This document shows positions 22,141-32,807 of a DNA stretch of 64,000 bases, in pieces. This stretch comes from an uncultured Methylomirabilota bacterium (lineage in GTDB: Bacteria > Methylomirabilota > Methylomirabilia > Methylomirabilales > 2-02-FULL-66-22), in the NCBI GenBank assembly GCA_963845565.1, contig CAWJSJ010000001.1, positions 288,001 through 352,000 of the forward strand, given 5' to 3'. Under the pieces are notes generated by a model. The model saw only the letters and a list, made by a program, of their open reading frames with translations, was not told the origin of the DNA and made no database searches. The position numbers and the translations under genes are program-made. Numbering within the stretch: the stretch's first letter is position 1; every line of letters begins with the position of its first letter.

Positions 22141-23231
22141 CAGTTCCCTCCGGGCCGCCCCTTGCCCCGGAGCAGGGCTTCGGGGTGCCGCTCCAGATAG
22201 TCGGTCAGGGCCCGCAGCGACTGGGAGGCCGCCCCCAGGTCCTGGAGTGTCTGGACGAGCTGGGATCCGAGGCGCGAGTCCCCGTCCGTCGTGCCGTCGA
22301 TGGTGGCGAGCGTGGCCCGTGCCTTCTCCAGGGTCGCCCGCGCTTCCTCGGACATGCTCTTCACGGAGGAGGCCACGGACCCAACTTCCGTTTCCGTCTT
22401 CACGACCAGCCGCTGGACATCCCCCATCAGCGCATTCAGGGTGGCGACCTCGGCCTCCAACCGCCCCAGCAGCCGGCGGGCGTCCCGGGACACATCCGTG
22501 ACGGCGACGCGGGCGGCATCCGAGGTGTCCTTGAACGAGGCCATCACCGGACCGGCGTCTTCGCCCAAGCGGCGGGCAAGCTTCTCCGCTTCGGTCAGGA
22601 ATGCGGCGGCCGAGCGCACGGACCTCTGCAGCTCCGGCGACTGAACCATCGTCTTGACCCCCTCCACCGCCTCGGCCGATGACCGGACCAGCTTCTCCAG
22701 CGGCAAGTCCTGGAGCGTGGCCAAGAGTTTCTCCGCCTGGGCGGTGAACATCTGAATCGTGGTGGGGACAATGGGGATCTCGGGCACGGACGTGTCGAGA
22801 CCGACCAGCTTGATGGGGGTCTTGGGGAAGAGGTCGAGCCCCACAAAGAGCTGACCCGTGATGAAGTTTTGCCACCGGAGCTGGGCCCGGAGGCCATGCT
22901 CTTGAATCGCCTTGCCGAGCATCTCCCCCATCTCGTGCACGTCGTGCCCCCGCATGCCCCGGATCGTCCGCAGGTCGAGCCGGACATACACGGCGATCCA
23001 CTCGGTGCCCCACCGCGACTCGATGCGGGACACCTGGCCGAGCTTGACGCCCCGGAACTCGACATCGGCGCCGACGCTCAGACCGCTGACCGTGGAGTCG
23101 AAGAACATGACGTAGGTGAGGGGCCGCCGGAAGAGGTTCATGCTCCCGAACGCCACCAGACCGACGACCAGGAGCGCCGCTGCGCCCACGACGAAGGCGC
23201 CGATGAGGGTCGGGCTTGCGCGCTTGCTCAT
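22140..23231 (-). CDS. MCE/MlaD-family protein
   Basis: SPTLIGAFV, SVSGLSVGADVEFRGVKLGQV, LERHPEALLRGK. Confidence 0.9.
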   Translation of the reverse strand: MSKRASPTLIGAFVVGAAALLVVGLVAFGSMNLFRRPLTYVMFFDSTVSGLSVGADVEFRGVKLGQVSRIESRWGTEWIAVYVRLDLRTIRGMRGHDVHEMGEMLGKAIQEHGLRAQLRWQNFITGQLFVGLDLFPKTPIKLVGLDTSVPEIPIVPTTIQMFTAQAEKLLATLQDLPLEKLVRSSAEAVEGVKTMVQSPELQRSVRSAAAFLTEAEKLARRLGEDAGPVMASFKDTSDAARVAVTDVSRDARRLLGRLEAEVATLNALMGDVQRLVVKTETEVGSVASSVKSMSEEARATLEKARATLATIDGTTDGDSRLGSQLVQTLQDLGAASQSLRALTDYLERHPEALLRGKGRPGGN

Positions 23232-23250
23232 GGTAGATCTCCTCCGCGGC

Positions 23251-24057
23251 TCATCGGGCTGGAACCCGGGCTTTCCCTCGGGTGAGGAACTCGTGCACCT
23301 TGGGGTCCGTGGAATCGGCGAGCAGGGCTCGGGGGTTGCCCTGCGCGATCATCGTGCCGGTTTCCCCGTCGAGGAGCACCGCATTGTCCCCGATGGCGAA
23401 GATACTGGGCAGCTCGTGTGAGACCGCCACCACCGTGGCCCCCAGGCTGTCGCGCAACTCGAGGATCAGGTCGTCCAGCAGTTTCGAGCTGATGGGATCG
23501 AGGCCGGCCGACGGCTCGTCGAAGAACAGGATGTCCGGGTCCAGCGCCATGGCGCGAGCCAGCCCCGCTCGCTTCCGCATGCCCCCGCTGAGCTCCGACG
23601 GGTCGAAATCCTCGAAGCCGGCGAGGCCCACCAGGGCCAGCTTGAGGGCCACAATCTCGCGGATCTGCGCCGCCGTCAGGTCGGTGAACTCCCGGAGAGG
23701 GAACGCTACGTTCTCGGCCAGGGTCATCGAGGTCCACAGCGCGCCTTTCTGGTACAGCACACCGAACCGGCGCATCATGCGCTCGCGCTCCTCGGGATCC
23801 GCAGTGCAAAAACTCCGGCCATCGTAGAGCACGTCGCCCCGGACGGGCGGGAGCAGGCCGATCAGGCCCCGGAGCAGGGTGCTCTTGCCACAGCCGCTTC
23901 CGCCCATGATGATGAAAATCTCCCCCCGCCGGACGGTGAAGGTCAGGTCGCGCTGGATCACGGAGCTGCCGTACGCCAGGGTGAGATCGGTGACCGCAAT
24001 ACGGGGCACCTCCGGCCCCGCGCCGCCCGGGGGAGGGGTACTAGAAGCCGAGGGCAT
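23251..24057 (-). CDS. MlaF/Mkl-type ABC ATPase
   Basis: GGSGCGKST, LSGGMRKRAGLARAMALDP, FFDEPSAGLDP. Confidence 0.9.
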   Translation of the reverse strand: MPSASSTPPPGGAGPEVPRIAVTDLTLAYGSSVIQRDLTFTVRRGEIFIIMGGSGCGKSTLLRGLIGLLPPVRGDVLYDGRSFCTADPEERERMMRRFGVLYQKGALWTSMTLAENVAFPLREFTDLTAAQIREIVALKLALVGLAGFEDFDPSELSGGMRKRAGLARAMALDPDILFFDEPSAGLDPISSKLLDDLILELRDSLGATVVAVSHELPSIFAIGDNAVLLDGETGTMIAQGNPRALLADSTDPKVHEFLTRGKARVPAR

Positions 24058-25207
24058 TGTAGATGACCGTCAGGATCGCGTCCGAAAAGACGATGAACAC
24101 GATGCCCGTCACCACGGCGGACGTGACCGCCATCCCCACCGCAGCGGAGGAGCGGCCGCACTGCATGCCGCGCAGGCAGCCGGCCAGGGCCACCAGCACC
24201 CCGAACACCACGCTCTTGATCAGCCCCATACTGAAGTCGGTGAGGGTCAAGATGCGCTGCGTCTCGTAGAAGTATTGCGTGGGCGAGAGCCCCAGCATGG
24301 TGATGCCGACGAACCCACCGCCCAGGATGCCCAGCAGGTCGGCGTACAGCGTGAGCATGGGCATCATCAGCACCAGCGCGATCATCCGCGGCAGAACGAG
24401 GCACTCCACGGGCGACAGCCCCAGGGTCGTCAGCGCGTCGACCTCCTCGTTTGCCTGCATGCTACCGATCTGGGCAGCGAACGCAGCCCCGCTGCGCCCG
24501 GCCATGATGATGGCCGTCATCATGGCGCCCATCTCCCGCGCCATGGCGATGCCCACGAGGTCCGCCACGTAGATCTGCGCGCCGAACTGCCGGAGCTGGA
24601 CGGCGCCCACGAAGGCCAGGATCAGCCCCACGAGGAAACTGATGAGCGTCACGATGGGCAGCGCCCTGGCGCCGCACTCGTCAATATAGAGGGCTAGGTC
24701 GGAACCGCGCAAGCGCGCCTTCCCGCGGAGCAGGGCCAGGACGGCAAGGAACACCTCGCCGATGAACGTGAGCATCGCGACGGCCCCCGCCCAGGCGGCA
24801 AGGCCGGTCGTCCCCACGCGGGCGAGCCAGGGCAGGCGAGTGTCGCGTGGCCCGGTCTTCCGAGGCGGCACGACGTCCGCCAGGCGCAAGAGCCGCTGGA
24901 TGCCCTCCGGCAGCCCGGTCAGGTCCGGCTCGATGCCGTCGGCGGAGCCCCACTCGCGCAGCTTCGAGACGAATGCGAGGAGCCCCGTGTCCCACGCCGT
25001 CACGCCCTGCGTGTCGAACAGGATGCGCTGGACGGCCCGCCACGTTTCGATCTGCCGCTGCACCTCGCTCACGGCGGGCAGCCGGTCCTCCATCTTCCAG
25101 CTCCCAGAGAGCCGGACCAGCACCGTCCTCTCCGCGGGATGCTCCACCCGCATCTGCCACCGTTCGGCCGCGGCGGCACTGACACCCTGTGGTTGATCAG
25201 CGGTCAC
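24041..25207 (-). CDS. MlaE-type permease with an N-terminal STAS-like domain
   Basis: QLRQFGAQIYVADL, REMGA..AII.AGRSGAAFAAQIGSM..NEEVDAL. Confidence 0.9.
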   Translation of the reverse strand: MTADQPQGVSAAAAERWQMRVEHPAERTVLVRLSGSWKMEDRLPAVSEVQRQIETWRAVQRILFDTQGVTAWDTGLLAFVSKLREWGSADGIEPDLTGLPEGIQRLLRLADVVPPRKTGPRDTRLPWLARVGTTGLAAWAGAVAMLTFIGEVFLAVLALLRGKARLRGSDLALYIDECGARALPIVTLISFLVGLILAFVGAVQLRQFGAQIYVADLVGIAMAREMGAMMTAIIMAGRSGAAFAAQIGSMQANEEVDALTTLGLSPVECLVLPRMIALVLMMPMLTLYADLLGILGGGFVGITMLGLSPTQYFYETQRILTLTDFSMGLIKSVVFGVLVALAGCLRGMQCGRSSAAVGMAVTSAVVTGIVFIVFSDAILTVIYNALGF

Positions 25208-25430
25208 GCGTCGTCACCCCTTCGACACGCCAATGGGCCATTCAGGGCGCCAGAATTCTGGATTCATTCAGTCGTATCGGCACCTGCCGCTGCCCGCCAT
25301 CACGCGGCCGCATGAGGAGCGGTGCTGTTCCTCCCTCAGGTCGCGAAATTCCGCTCGCCGGTCCGCAGGCGGCGTCGCCTCGCGCGGAGGACGGCGGAGG
25401 TTCTCTGGGAGGATCTCGCGCACTCCGTTC

Positions 25431-26546
25431 TCACTTGCCCTCTTCCCATTTGGTGGTCCGTATGCCCGCGATGAAGACCGCGGTCGCGAACACCCCGATG
25501 ACCACCGAGTACCGCAGCGCGGTCATGTTGTCCACAAATACCATGGACGCCCGGAGCCCCTCGTTGACGTAGTACAGGGGCAGTATCCGAGCGAACGTCT
25601 GCAGGAAACCCGGCATCATCTCGAGGGGGAAGAAGCTCCCCGAGAGGAACATCATCGGGAACATGATGACGTTTGCCGCCGCCGCCGCGCTCTCCGCCTC
25701 CTTCGCGACGCGGGTGAGGATCATCCCGATTCCGGCGAACGCGAAGACCTCCAGCGCAATGAACACCGGGAGCCAGGCGTTGATCTGCAGGCTCACCTGG
25801 AACACCGCGTAGCTCACCAGCAGGATCGCGATCGTGGACATGACCGCGAGGATGAATTGGTACAGGATGTTCGACAGGATCCAGTCGGTCCGGGTGATGG
25901 GCGTGGTGGATAGCTTCCTGATGACGCCCTTCTGCCGGAGCTGCGCGTTGACGTTCACCGCGCCGGAAAGGCTCGAGGTCATCACCGACATCGCAATGAT
26001 GCCGGGGACGAAGAACTCGATGAACCGGTACTTCTTGGTGTGGATCGATGTCTCGGCCGACCGGATGAACGGCAACGCTCCGGACAAACTCTGGTTCACC
26101 ACCCCGAACAAGGACTGGAGCGCCTGCAGCTTCGTGACCGTTGCGGTCGAACTCGGGTCGTAGATGGACGTGACCGTCACGGACGCGCTGGGGTCACGGA
26201 ACGTCATCCTCCGCACGAGCGCGCTCTCGTAGCCCCTGGGGATCACGAGAACGAGGTTCAGCTTGTGGTCCTTGGCGTACTGCGTGGCGTCGATGGCAGG
26301 GTCGACCTTGGTGAGCCGGAACCTCCCGCTTTCCGCGAGCCTCGTGACGAGCTGGGCGGACGCATTCGTGCGATCGAGGTCCTGCACGTGCAAGGCGAAG
26401 CTCATGTTGTCCTGGTCCAGGAAGATCGTGCCGAACACGAGTATCAGGATTATCGGGAACGCGATCGTGAAGAACATCGCCGACTTCTCGCGGGAGAAGC
26501 TCTTGAGGCTCACGACGAGATTGGCACCGATGACACGCGGGCTCAT
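25431..26546 (-). CDS. ABC-2 type permease
   Basis: FFTIAFPII, FFVPGIIAMSVM, PMMFLSGSFFP. Confidence 0.9.
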   Translation of the reverse strand: MSPRVIGANLVVSLKSFSREKSAMFFTIAFPIILILVFGTIFLDQDNMSFALHVQDLDRTNASAQLVTRLAESGRFRLTKVDPAIDATQYAKDHKLNLVLVIPRGYESALVRRMTFRDPSASVTVTSIYDPSSTATVTKLQALQSLFGVVNQSLSGALPFIRSAETSIHTKKYRFIEFFVPGIIAMSVMTSSLSGAVNVNAQLRQKGVIRKLSTTPITRTDWILSNILYQFILAVMSTIAILLVSYAVFQVSLQINAWLPVFIALEVFAFAGIGMILTRVAKEAESAAAAANVIMFPMMFLSGSFFPLEMMPGFLQTFARILPLYYVNEGLRASMVFVDNMTALRYSVVIGVFATAVFIAGIRTTKWEEGK

Positions 26547-27511
26547 TCCGGCACCGTCTCGACGGAGCTGCCCTGGAGCGCCTCGCCGGTGAGCTTCATG
26601 AACACCTCTTCGAGGTTCGGCTTGCGAACGTCCAGGCTAAGGAGCGACACGCCGGCGCCCGTGAGGGCGTTCAGTATCCGCTGGACGTCGCCGGTGTGTT
26701 CCACCCTGACCTTGATGTGGTTGTGGTTTTCATGGGGGACCGGCGGAAAGCCCATCTGCTGGACGATCTCGCGGGCGCGTTCCTCGAGGAACTTCAGCGT
26801 GAGGACCAGGTAATTCGCGCTGCGTTCTATCAGCTCGTCGGGAGAGCCCATCGCGACGATCTTCCCCTTCGAGATTATCGCGACCGCGTCCGCAAGGAGT
26901 TCGGCTTCCTCCATGTAGTGCGTGGTGAGAAAGACCGTCTTCCCCTTCTTCTTCAGTCCCAGCAGGACGTCCCACACTTCGCGCCGTGCGCGCGGGTCGA
27001 GCCCCGTCGTCGGCTCGTCGAGGAACACGACCTCGGGGTCGTTCACGAGCGCGATGGCGATGCCGAGGCGCTGCTTCAAGCCCCCCGAGAGATTCCTGAA
27101 CTGCTCTGTGCTCTTGGCCTCGAGGTTCGCGAGCGCGATCAGCCCGTCGACATCGGCGTGTCGGCAGCAGAAAAGTCGCGAGTAGTACTGGATGGTCTCC
27201 CTGACCGTTAGTCTGTCGAACGAGCTGAACCCCTGCGGGAGGACGCCGATGCGGGGCAGGATATCGCGCTTCCTCGTCGTGACGTCCATCCCGAGCAGGC
27301 TCACTCTTCCCGAGGTGGGCGTGCGGATGGTCTCGATGATCTCGACGGTGGTGGTCTTGCCGGCGCCGTTCGGGCCCAGGAACGCGAACACGCCGCCTTT
27401 CCTGACGTTGAACGAGACGTCGTCGACCGCCAGGAAATCCCCGTAACGCTTCGTCAGTGCCTCGACTTCGATGGCGGGCTCAGCAATTGCGTGATCAGCG
27501 CGGTTCGTCAT
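26543..27511 (-). CDS. ABC exporter ATP-binding protein
   Basis: GPNGAGKTT, LSGG, FLDEPTTGLDP, TTHY; overlaps both neighbours. Confidence 0.9.
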   Translation of the reverse strand: MTNRADHAIAEPAIEVEALTKRYGDFLAVDDVSFNVRKGGVFAFLGPNGAGKTTTVEIIETIRTPTSGRVSLLGMDVTTRKRDILPRIGVLPQGFSSFDRLTVRETIQYYSRLFCCRHADVDGLIALANLEAKSTEQFRNLSGGLKQRLGIAIALVNDPEVVFLDEPTTGLDPRARREVWDVLLGLKKKGKTVFLTTHYMEEAELLADAVAIISKGKIVAMGSPDELIERSANYLVLTLKFLEERAREIVQQMGFPPVPHENHNHIKVRVEHTGDVQRILNALTGAGVSLLSLDVRKPNLEEVFMKLTGEALQGSSVETVPE

Positions 27512-30500
27512 GGATCGGCGGCTCATCGCCTTCGTGCGGCAGGTTGGCGAGTTCGTCGGCCACGGCGCTGACGGTCGTGCGGATCTGCGCCTCGCTGTGA
27601 TTCGTGGTGAGGAAGAAACGCAGGCGAGCGGAGCGGTCGGGCACCGCCGGATACAGAATCGGATGGACGTTGATGCCGCGGTCGAACAAGGCCTGTGACA
27701 GGCGCAAGGCCCTGACCGAGCTTCCAGCGATGACCGGAACCACCGGCGTGCCGGCCGCCAAGCCGGTGTCCAAGCCGCGCTCCCTGGCCAGTGTCAGGAA
27801 CAGCGTTGCCAACTCGCGGAGCCGGGCCACTCGCCGCGGCTCGCGCTGGAGGACCGTCAGGGCGGCCAGGGACGCAGCGGCACTGGGCGGCGGGAGGCCC
27901 ACGCTGTAGACGAACCCGGGGGCGGTGTACTTGAGGTACTCGACGAGCTCGGTCGAGCCGGCAATAAACCCGCCGCAACCGGCCAGCGACTTGGAGAGCG
28001 TGCCCATCCACAGGTCGACGTCGGCGCGGGCCGCGCCCCAGTGCTCGCCGAGGCCCCGGCCGGTCGCCCCCATGGTGCCCAGCGAGTGCGCGTCATCGAC
28101 CAGCAGCAGCGTCTTGTGCTTCTTCCTGAGTTCCACGAAGCGCGGCAACTCGGGGAAGTCGCCATCCATGCTGTACACGCCCTCGATGGCGATCAGCACG
28201 CGACGGTAGCGGTGGCGCACTTCGGACAACAGGCTGTCGAGGGCCTGCCAGTCGTTGTGGGCAAAGCCTCGACGCGCAGCACCGGCGAGCATGGCGCCCT
28301 GGACGATCGAGTTGTGGGCCAGCATGTCGTGGAGGATCAGATCGTCCGGCCCGAACAGGTGGCCGATGGTGGTGACGTTGGTGGCATGGCCGGAGACGAA
28401 GACGATCGCGGCCGGGGTGGTCAGGAAGGCGGCCAAGGCCTGCTCCAGATCACGGTGGACCTGCTTCTCGCCGGAGACCAGGCGACTGGCGCCGGCGCTG
28501 GTGCCATAGCGGTCGATCGCGGCCTTGGCGGCGGCGGCCACCTCCGGATCGTGGGCCAGGCCGACGTAGTCATAGACGCTGAAGTTGACGAGCGGACGCC
28601 CCCCGATGCTGGGCGCGCTTCCCGATCCGCCTTGGTCGACGCGGAAGTAGGGGTTGTCGCCGACGGCCAGCAGCAGACGCTCTTGACGCTTCAATTCGCC
28701 GTACTCGGGGAAGCGGGCCACCTCGTAGTGTTCGGGCGGGATCTGGCCGGCGGGAACGTCGAACCTGGGGGCGTCGATCAGGTGCTTCTGCACGGCCTGG
28801 ACCAGATCCGCCAGCGTCTGTACCTGGCTGATCGCCGCGTCGGGCAGGCGCCCGGCGAACGCCTTCTCCAGCCTGGCCGCGAGATCCACACGCTGCAGCG
28901 AGTCCAGGCCCAAGACGGCAAGGGGGGTGTCCGGCGTGAGGTCGGGCAGCGCTGCGCCGGCCAAGGCGCGGGCGTGCTGGCAAACGGCGGCCAGTGCGGT
29001 TTGCCAAGAGTGCGGCGCGGGATGCGCCGTGGAAGCGCCTGCGCCGTCGCCACCCGGGGCGGCATTGTCGCCGGGCAAGCCGCAGTGTTCGGCGAGGACC
29101 TTGAGTTCTCCGGCCAGGAAGGCCGCGCGACAGGCGTGGCGCTGCGTCTTTCCGCTGGAGGTCCGGGGAATCGTCCCGCTGCGCACCAGCACGACCGCGT
29201 CCAGGGCCAGGCCATGTTCGTCGAGTACCGCCCGGCGAAGGGCATCCAGCACGGGCGCGAAATCAACCCGCTCCTTTGTGCGCGACCTCCTGCACCAGAA
29301 CCAGGCGCTGGCGCCCGTGATCGTCCGCGACGAAGGCGGCCCCGTGGCCGGTTTCCAGCAGCGGGTGGCTCCCGCGGGCGGTGGCCTCGATATCCTGCGG
29401 ATAGCGGTTCAGGCCGCGGACGATGATCAGGTCGTCCAGCCGGCCGGTGACATAGAGTTGGCCCTCGCATATGAAGCCCAGGTCGCCGGTCCGCAGGAAC
29501 GGGCCCTCGCCCGTGTCGCTCAGGCGGGCGTCGAAGGAACGGCGGGTCTGACCGGGCTTGTGCCAATAGCCCTGACCGACCGACGCGCCGGCAACCCAGA
29601 TTTCGCCCACGCGGCCGGGGGCGGCCTGCGCGCCGCTGTGCGGGTCGACGATCACCACGCGGAGACCGTCGATGGGCGATCCGCAGGCCACCAGGTGGCG
29701 AGCCTGCGGCGCATCGGTGGCCATGGGTTCGACGCGGTTCTCGGTCAGCGCCCTGGCGCGGAAGGCCTCGACGGTCGCGCCACTATCGCGCCTCGGGCCG
29801 CTGACCATGAGCGTCGCCTCCGCCAGACCGTAACAGGGATACAAGGCGCCCGGTTTGAAGCCGCAGGGGGCGAACGCGGTCGCAAAGCGATCGAGCGTTC
29901 CGGGTTCAATGGGTTCGGCGCCGACGAAGGCCAGAGCCCAGGAGGAAAGGTCGAGGGTCGCCCGCTGCTCGTCGGTGATCTTGCGAACACAAAGATCGTA
30001 GGCGAAGTTGGGCCCGCCGGAGATGGTGGCCCGGTACTGGCTGATGGCGGTCAGCCACGTGATGGGGCTCTGGAGGAACGTGGCCGGTGAGATAGACACG
30101 TTGGTCGCACCGGTGAACACCGGGACCAGGATGCCGCCCACCAGGCCCATGTCATGGTACATGGGCAGCCAGAACACACTGCTGTCCCCGGCCTGTACGC
30201 CGAACGCCTGATAGGTGGCACGGATGTTGGCCATGAGGGCCGCGTGACTGAGCATGACGCCCTTGGGCCGGTCGGTCGAGCCGGAGGTGTACTGGAGCAT
30301 GGCCAGCGTGTCAGGGGCGATTGCCGGTTCTTGCCAGCGCTCGGCCACGGCGTCGGGAATCTCGTCGGTGGCGAGCCACGAGAGCTGGGTGAACGTGGCC
30401 GCGTGACGGCTGTTTTCCGCTTCCATCATGGCCTGGAACTGTGCCGCGCCCGAGGCGTTGCTCAGGGCGGTGCGGGCCCCGGCATCGGCGGCGACGGCTT

Positions 30501-30840
30501 GGAATCGCTCCAGCATGCGGTGGCGATGCGGTGGGTAGGTCGGCACCGCGACGCAACCGGCGTATAGGCAGCCGAAGAGAGCCGTAATGAAGTCGAGGCC
30601 GGGCGGATAGACCAGCAGCACGAACTGGCCGACACAGCCCATGTCCTGCAAGTGAGCCGCGATGGCGCGGGCTCGCCGATCGAGCTGGGCGTAGGTCAGG
30701 CTGGCGTGATCGGCCTGGCCGTCGAGCAGATGGACACATGCCGGTTTCCGCGGTTGTTCGTCGGCGTGGCGGCGCAGCACGCGGATCAAGTGGCCGGGAA
30801 GCTGATGCGGATTGAGGTGAGCGTGGGTGTGAACCGACAT
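27495..30840 (-). CDS. Fatty acyl-AMP ligase - acyl carrier protein - PLP alpha-oxoamine synthase (SPT/AONS-like) fusion; +1 frameshift near 29275
   Basis: FAAL: YTSGSTDRPKGV, CYGLAEATL, insertion segment, FLRTGDLGF, PRTSSGK; ACP LGLDSL; AOS NFSVYDYVGL, AHNS, DDAHS, GTLSKS. Removing one base from an A run joins the two ORFs (HKERVDFAPVLDA). Confidence 0.9.
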
Positions 30841-31017
30841 GGTCAGGGGGATCTCCCAGAGGAATTTGACCCACGACCGGTGTGGGTCTTTACTTGTTTA
30901 TAACTGGGGCCGGGTGCGTTTTCAAGAACTTTCCCATCGCCCGGTCATGGCCATGATGGGGAAATGCGGGTTGATGGTGGTCAGAGTCACCGCGAAACCC
31001 GATTCTCGATTGAACCT

Positions 31018-31300
31018 CCGACCTCCAGCGTATTTTCGCGGCTGGCGCACCGACGCGCCACCACGGTGGGGTGAACACTGGGGCCAGGGCTGGGACCAGC
31101 GTCGCGCCGGATGGGACCGATGGGACCACCGCTCCGGTCCACGTGCCGCGCCGTTGCGCGGTCTACCAGCGACAGTATTCCGGGGACCGCTATCTTCAAC
31201 GAACGTCGACGCAACAACCACGTGCAACCGAACCAGCAACGGCAACAACAGGAACCCATGCAGCCGCCGCCGCAAATGCAACAGGCGATCTGGCTTTACC
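31018..31300 (+). pseudogene. Fragment of a Trp/Pro/Gln-rich hypothetical protein gene
   Basis: RPPAYFRGWRTDAPPRWGEHWGQGWDQRRAGWDRWD continues as YQRQYSGDRY in another frame; no clear 5' end. Confidence 0.45.
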
Positions 31301-32807
31301 TGCGAGAATCTGCGTTGTCTGCGGATGACATGACGGCGGACGGTTTCGGGGTGGCGGCGGGGCCATTGACGCAGGCGGTATCGCGTTCGTGGATAATTTG
31401 ATGCTCGGCGTCGGCGGGAGCTGGGGGGACGTGGCGATGGGCGCTGCAAAAGGAGAGGGAGTTGGCGATCAGGCCGCGCAGGAGCCGCAGCTTGTCGGGC
31501 CGGAACCCGCGGTGAGGCCAATAAAGGCGCTCCTGGCGGATCACGCGATGCACAATCTTCCGGTAGCTGCCCAGCATCATGCCGTAGAGCTTCTTGGTGG
31601 GGATGGGCGTCCGGGTCACGAAGTGCTGCATGTCGTAGACTTCCCAATCCGTGGTTAGTACGTTCTGTTTCTGTTGCTCGTAGTATTTTGTCCCGGGGAA
31701 AGGCGTGATGGGCGTGAACTCGGCGTGCATGATCGAGGGGTGGGTGCGGATGTAGCGGTTCAGCTGCGTGAAGTCCTGCTGTGTGAACGTTGGCTTGACG
31801 AGGAAGCCCGCACTGATCCCCACCCCGATTTCCTCGAGGAACCGCACGGCCCCTTCGTTTTGCGACATGTGGATCCTCTTTTGGAATCCGTCCAGTTCCT
31901 TGTCATCCAGGGCTTCCAGCCCGATCATCGCGATGGACAGCCCAGCCTGGGCCCAAAGCTCGAACAGATCGGGGTTGTTGACGATCGTATCAGCCCGAAC
32001 GTACGTGAGATAACGCTTCTTGATTCCCGCGTCCAGGAGCATCTGGCCCAAGGTCCGCATGCGGTCGACCTCGTGGAAGGTGCCGTTGTCGCAGAAATAG
32101 ATGAACGGCTCCTGGATCGAGCAGATCTCTTCGAACATCTTCTGAGGATCCCGGGTGGCGAAGCAATTCTGCGCATAGAGCGGGTTGGGACAGAAGGTGC
32201 AACTATGTTCGCAGCCCATGGACAGCCGCATGCCCGCTGCCGAGGGCTCGGTAATGTAGTAGTAGTGCTTGCGGTAACGGGCGGTGAGCGAGCGGTCGGG
32301 GAAGGGATGGTGGTCGAGCGTGGTGGGAATTGGCCGTGGATCGGTGGACTTCAGTCCCACGCTGGTTCGGATCTTCAGGCCCGCGATGTGCTCGAACGTG
32401 GTCGCCCCCGCCTTGCGGGCGGCGCAAATCTCGGCGAACGTCTCGACCCCTTCCCCGTGAACAACCAGGTCCACGGCGGGGTCCTCAAAGTCGTCAGGGA
32501 AGAGCGTGGGGTGATGGCCCCCGACCACCGTCAGGCAATCCGGTACCAACCGGCGGATCGTGCGCAGTACGTTCTTGGCCTGACCCGAGCGGGCTGCCTC
32601 GGTGGTCACACCGACGACGTCGGGCTTGAAGTGCTTCAGGGTCGCCAACAGGTCGCCGGGATACGTAAGCATATCGACCAGCTGCACCTTGTTGCCTTCT
32701 TTGACGGCCGCACCGATGGTTTCCAGCGCCAACGGCTCGATACGAGAGATATGGCGCATGCCGATAGTCCGTGCACCGCACGGGGGATTGACAAGAAGCA
32801 CTCTCAT
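31296..32807 (-). CDS. B12-binding radical SAM enzyme (class B methyltransferase-like)
   Basis: MRVLLVNPP, EPLALE, VGGHHPT, CEHSCTFC, IGLE, TPFPGT; AAGGAG RBS. Confidence 0.9.
   Translation of the reverse strand: MRVLLVNPPCGARTIGMRHISRIEPLALETIGAAVKEGNKVQLVDMLTYPGDLLATLKHFKPDVVGVTTEAARSGQAKNVLRTIRRLVPDCLTVVGGHHPTLFPDDFEDPAVDLVVHGEGVETFAEICAARKAGATTFEHIAGLKIRTSVGLKSTDPRPIPTTLDHHPFPDRSLTARYRKHYYYITEPSAAGMRLSMGCEHSCTFCPNPLYAQNCFATRDPQKMFEEICSIQEPFIYFCDNGTFHEVDRMRTLGQMLLDAGIKKRYLTYVRADTIVNNPDLFELWAQAGLSIAMIGLEALDDKELDGFQKRIHMSQNEGAVRFLEEIGVGISAGFLVKPTFTQQDFTQLNRYIRTHPSIMHAEFTPITPFPGTKYYEQQKQNVLTTDWEVYDMQHFVTRTPIPTKKLYGMMLGSYRKIVHRVIRQERLYWPHRGFRPDKLRLLRGLIANSLSFCSAHRHVPPAPADAEHQIIHERDTACVNGPAATPKPSAVMSSADNADSRR

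Noticed and set aside
27495..28700. bioF (biotin synthesis)
   Set aside because: Fused to FAAL-ACP and no other bio genes nearby
31296..32807. Firm hpnR assignment
   Set aside because: Family resemblance only; no hopanoid genes in the window
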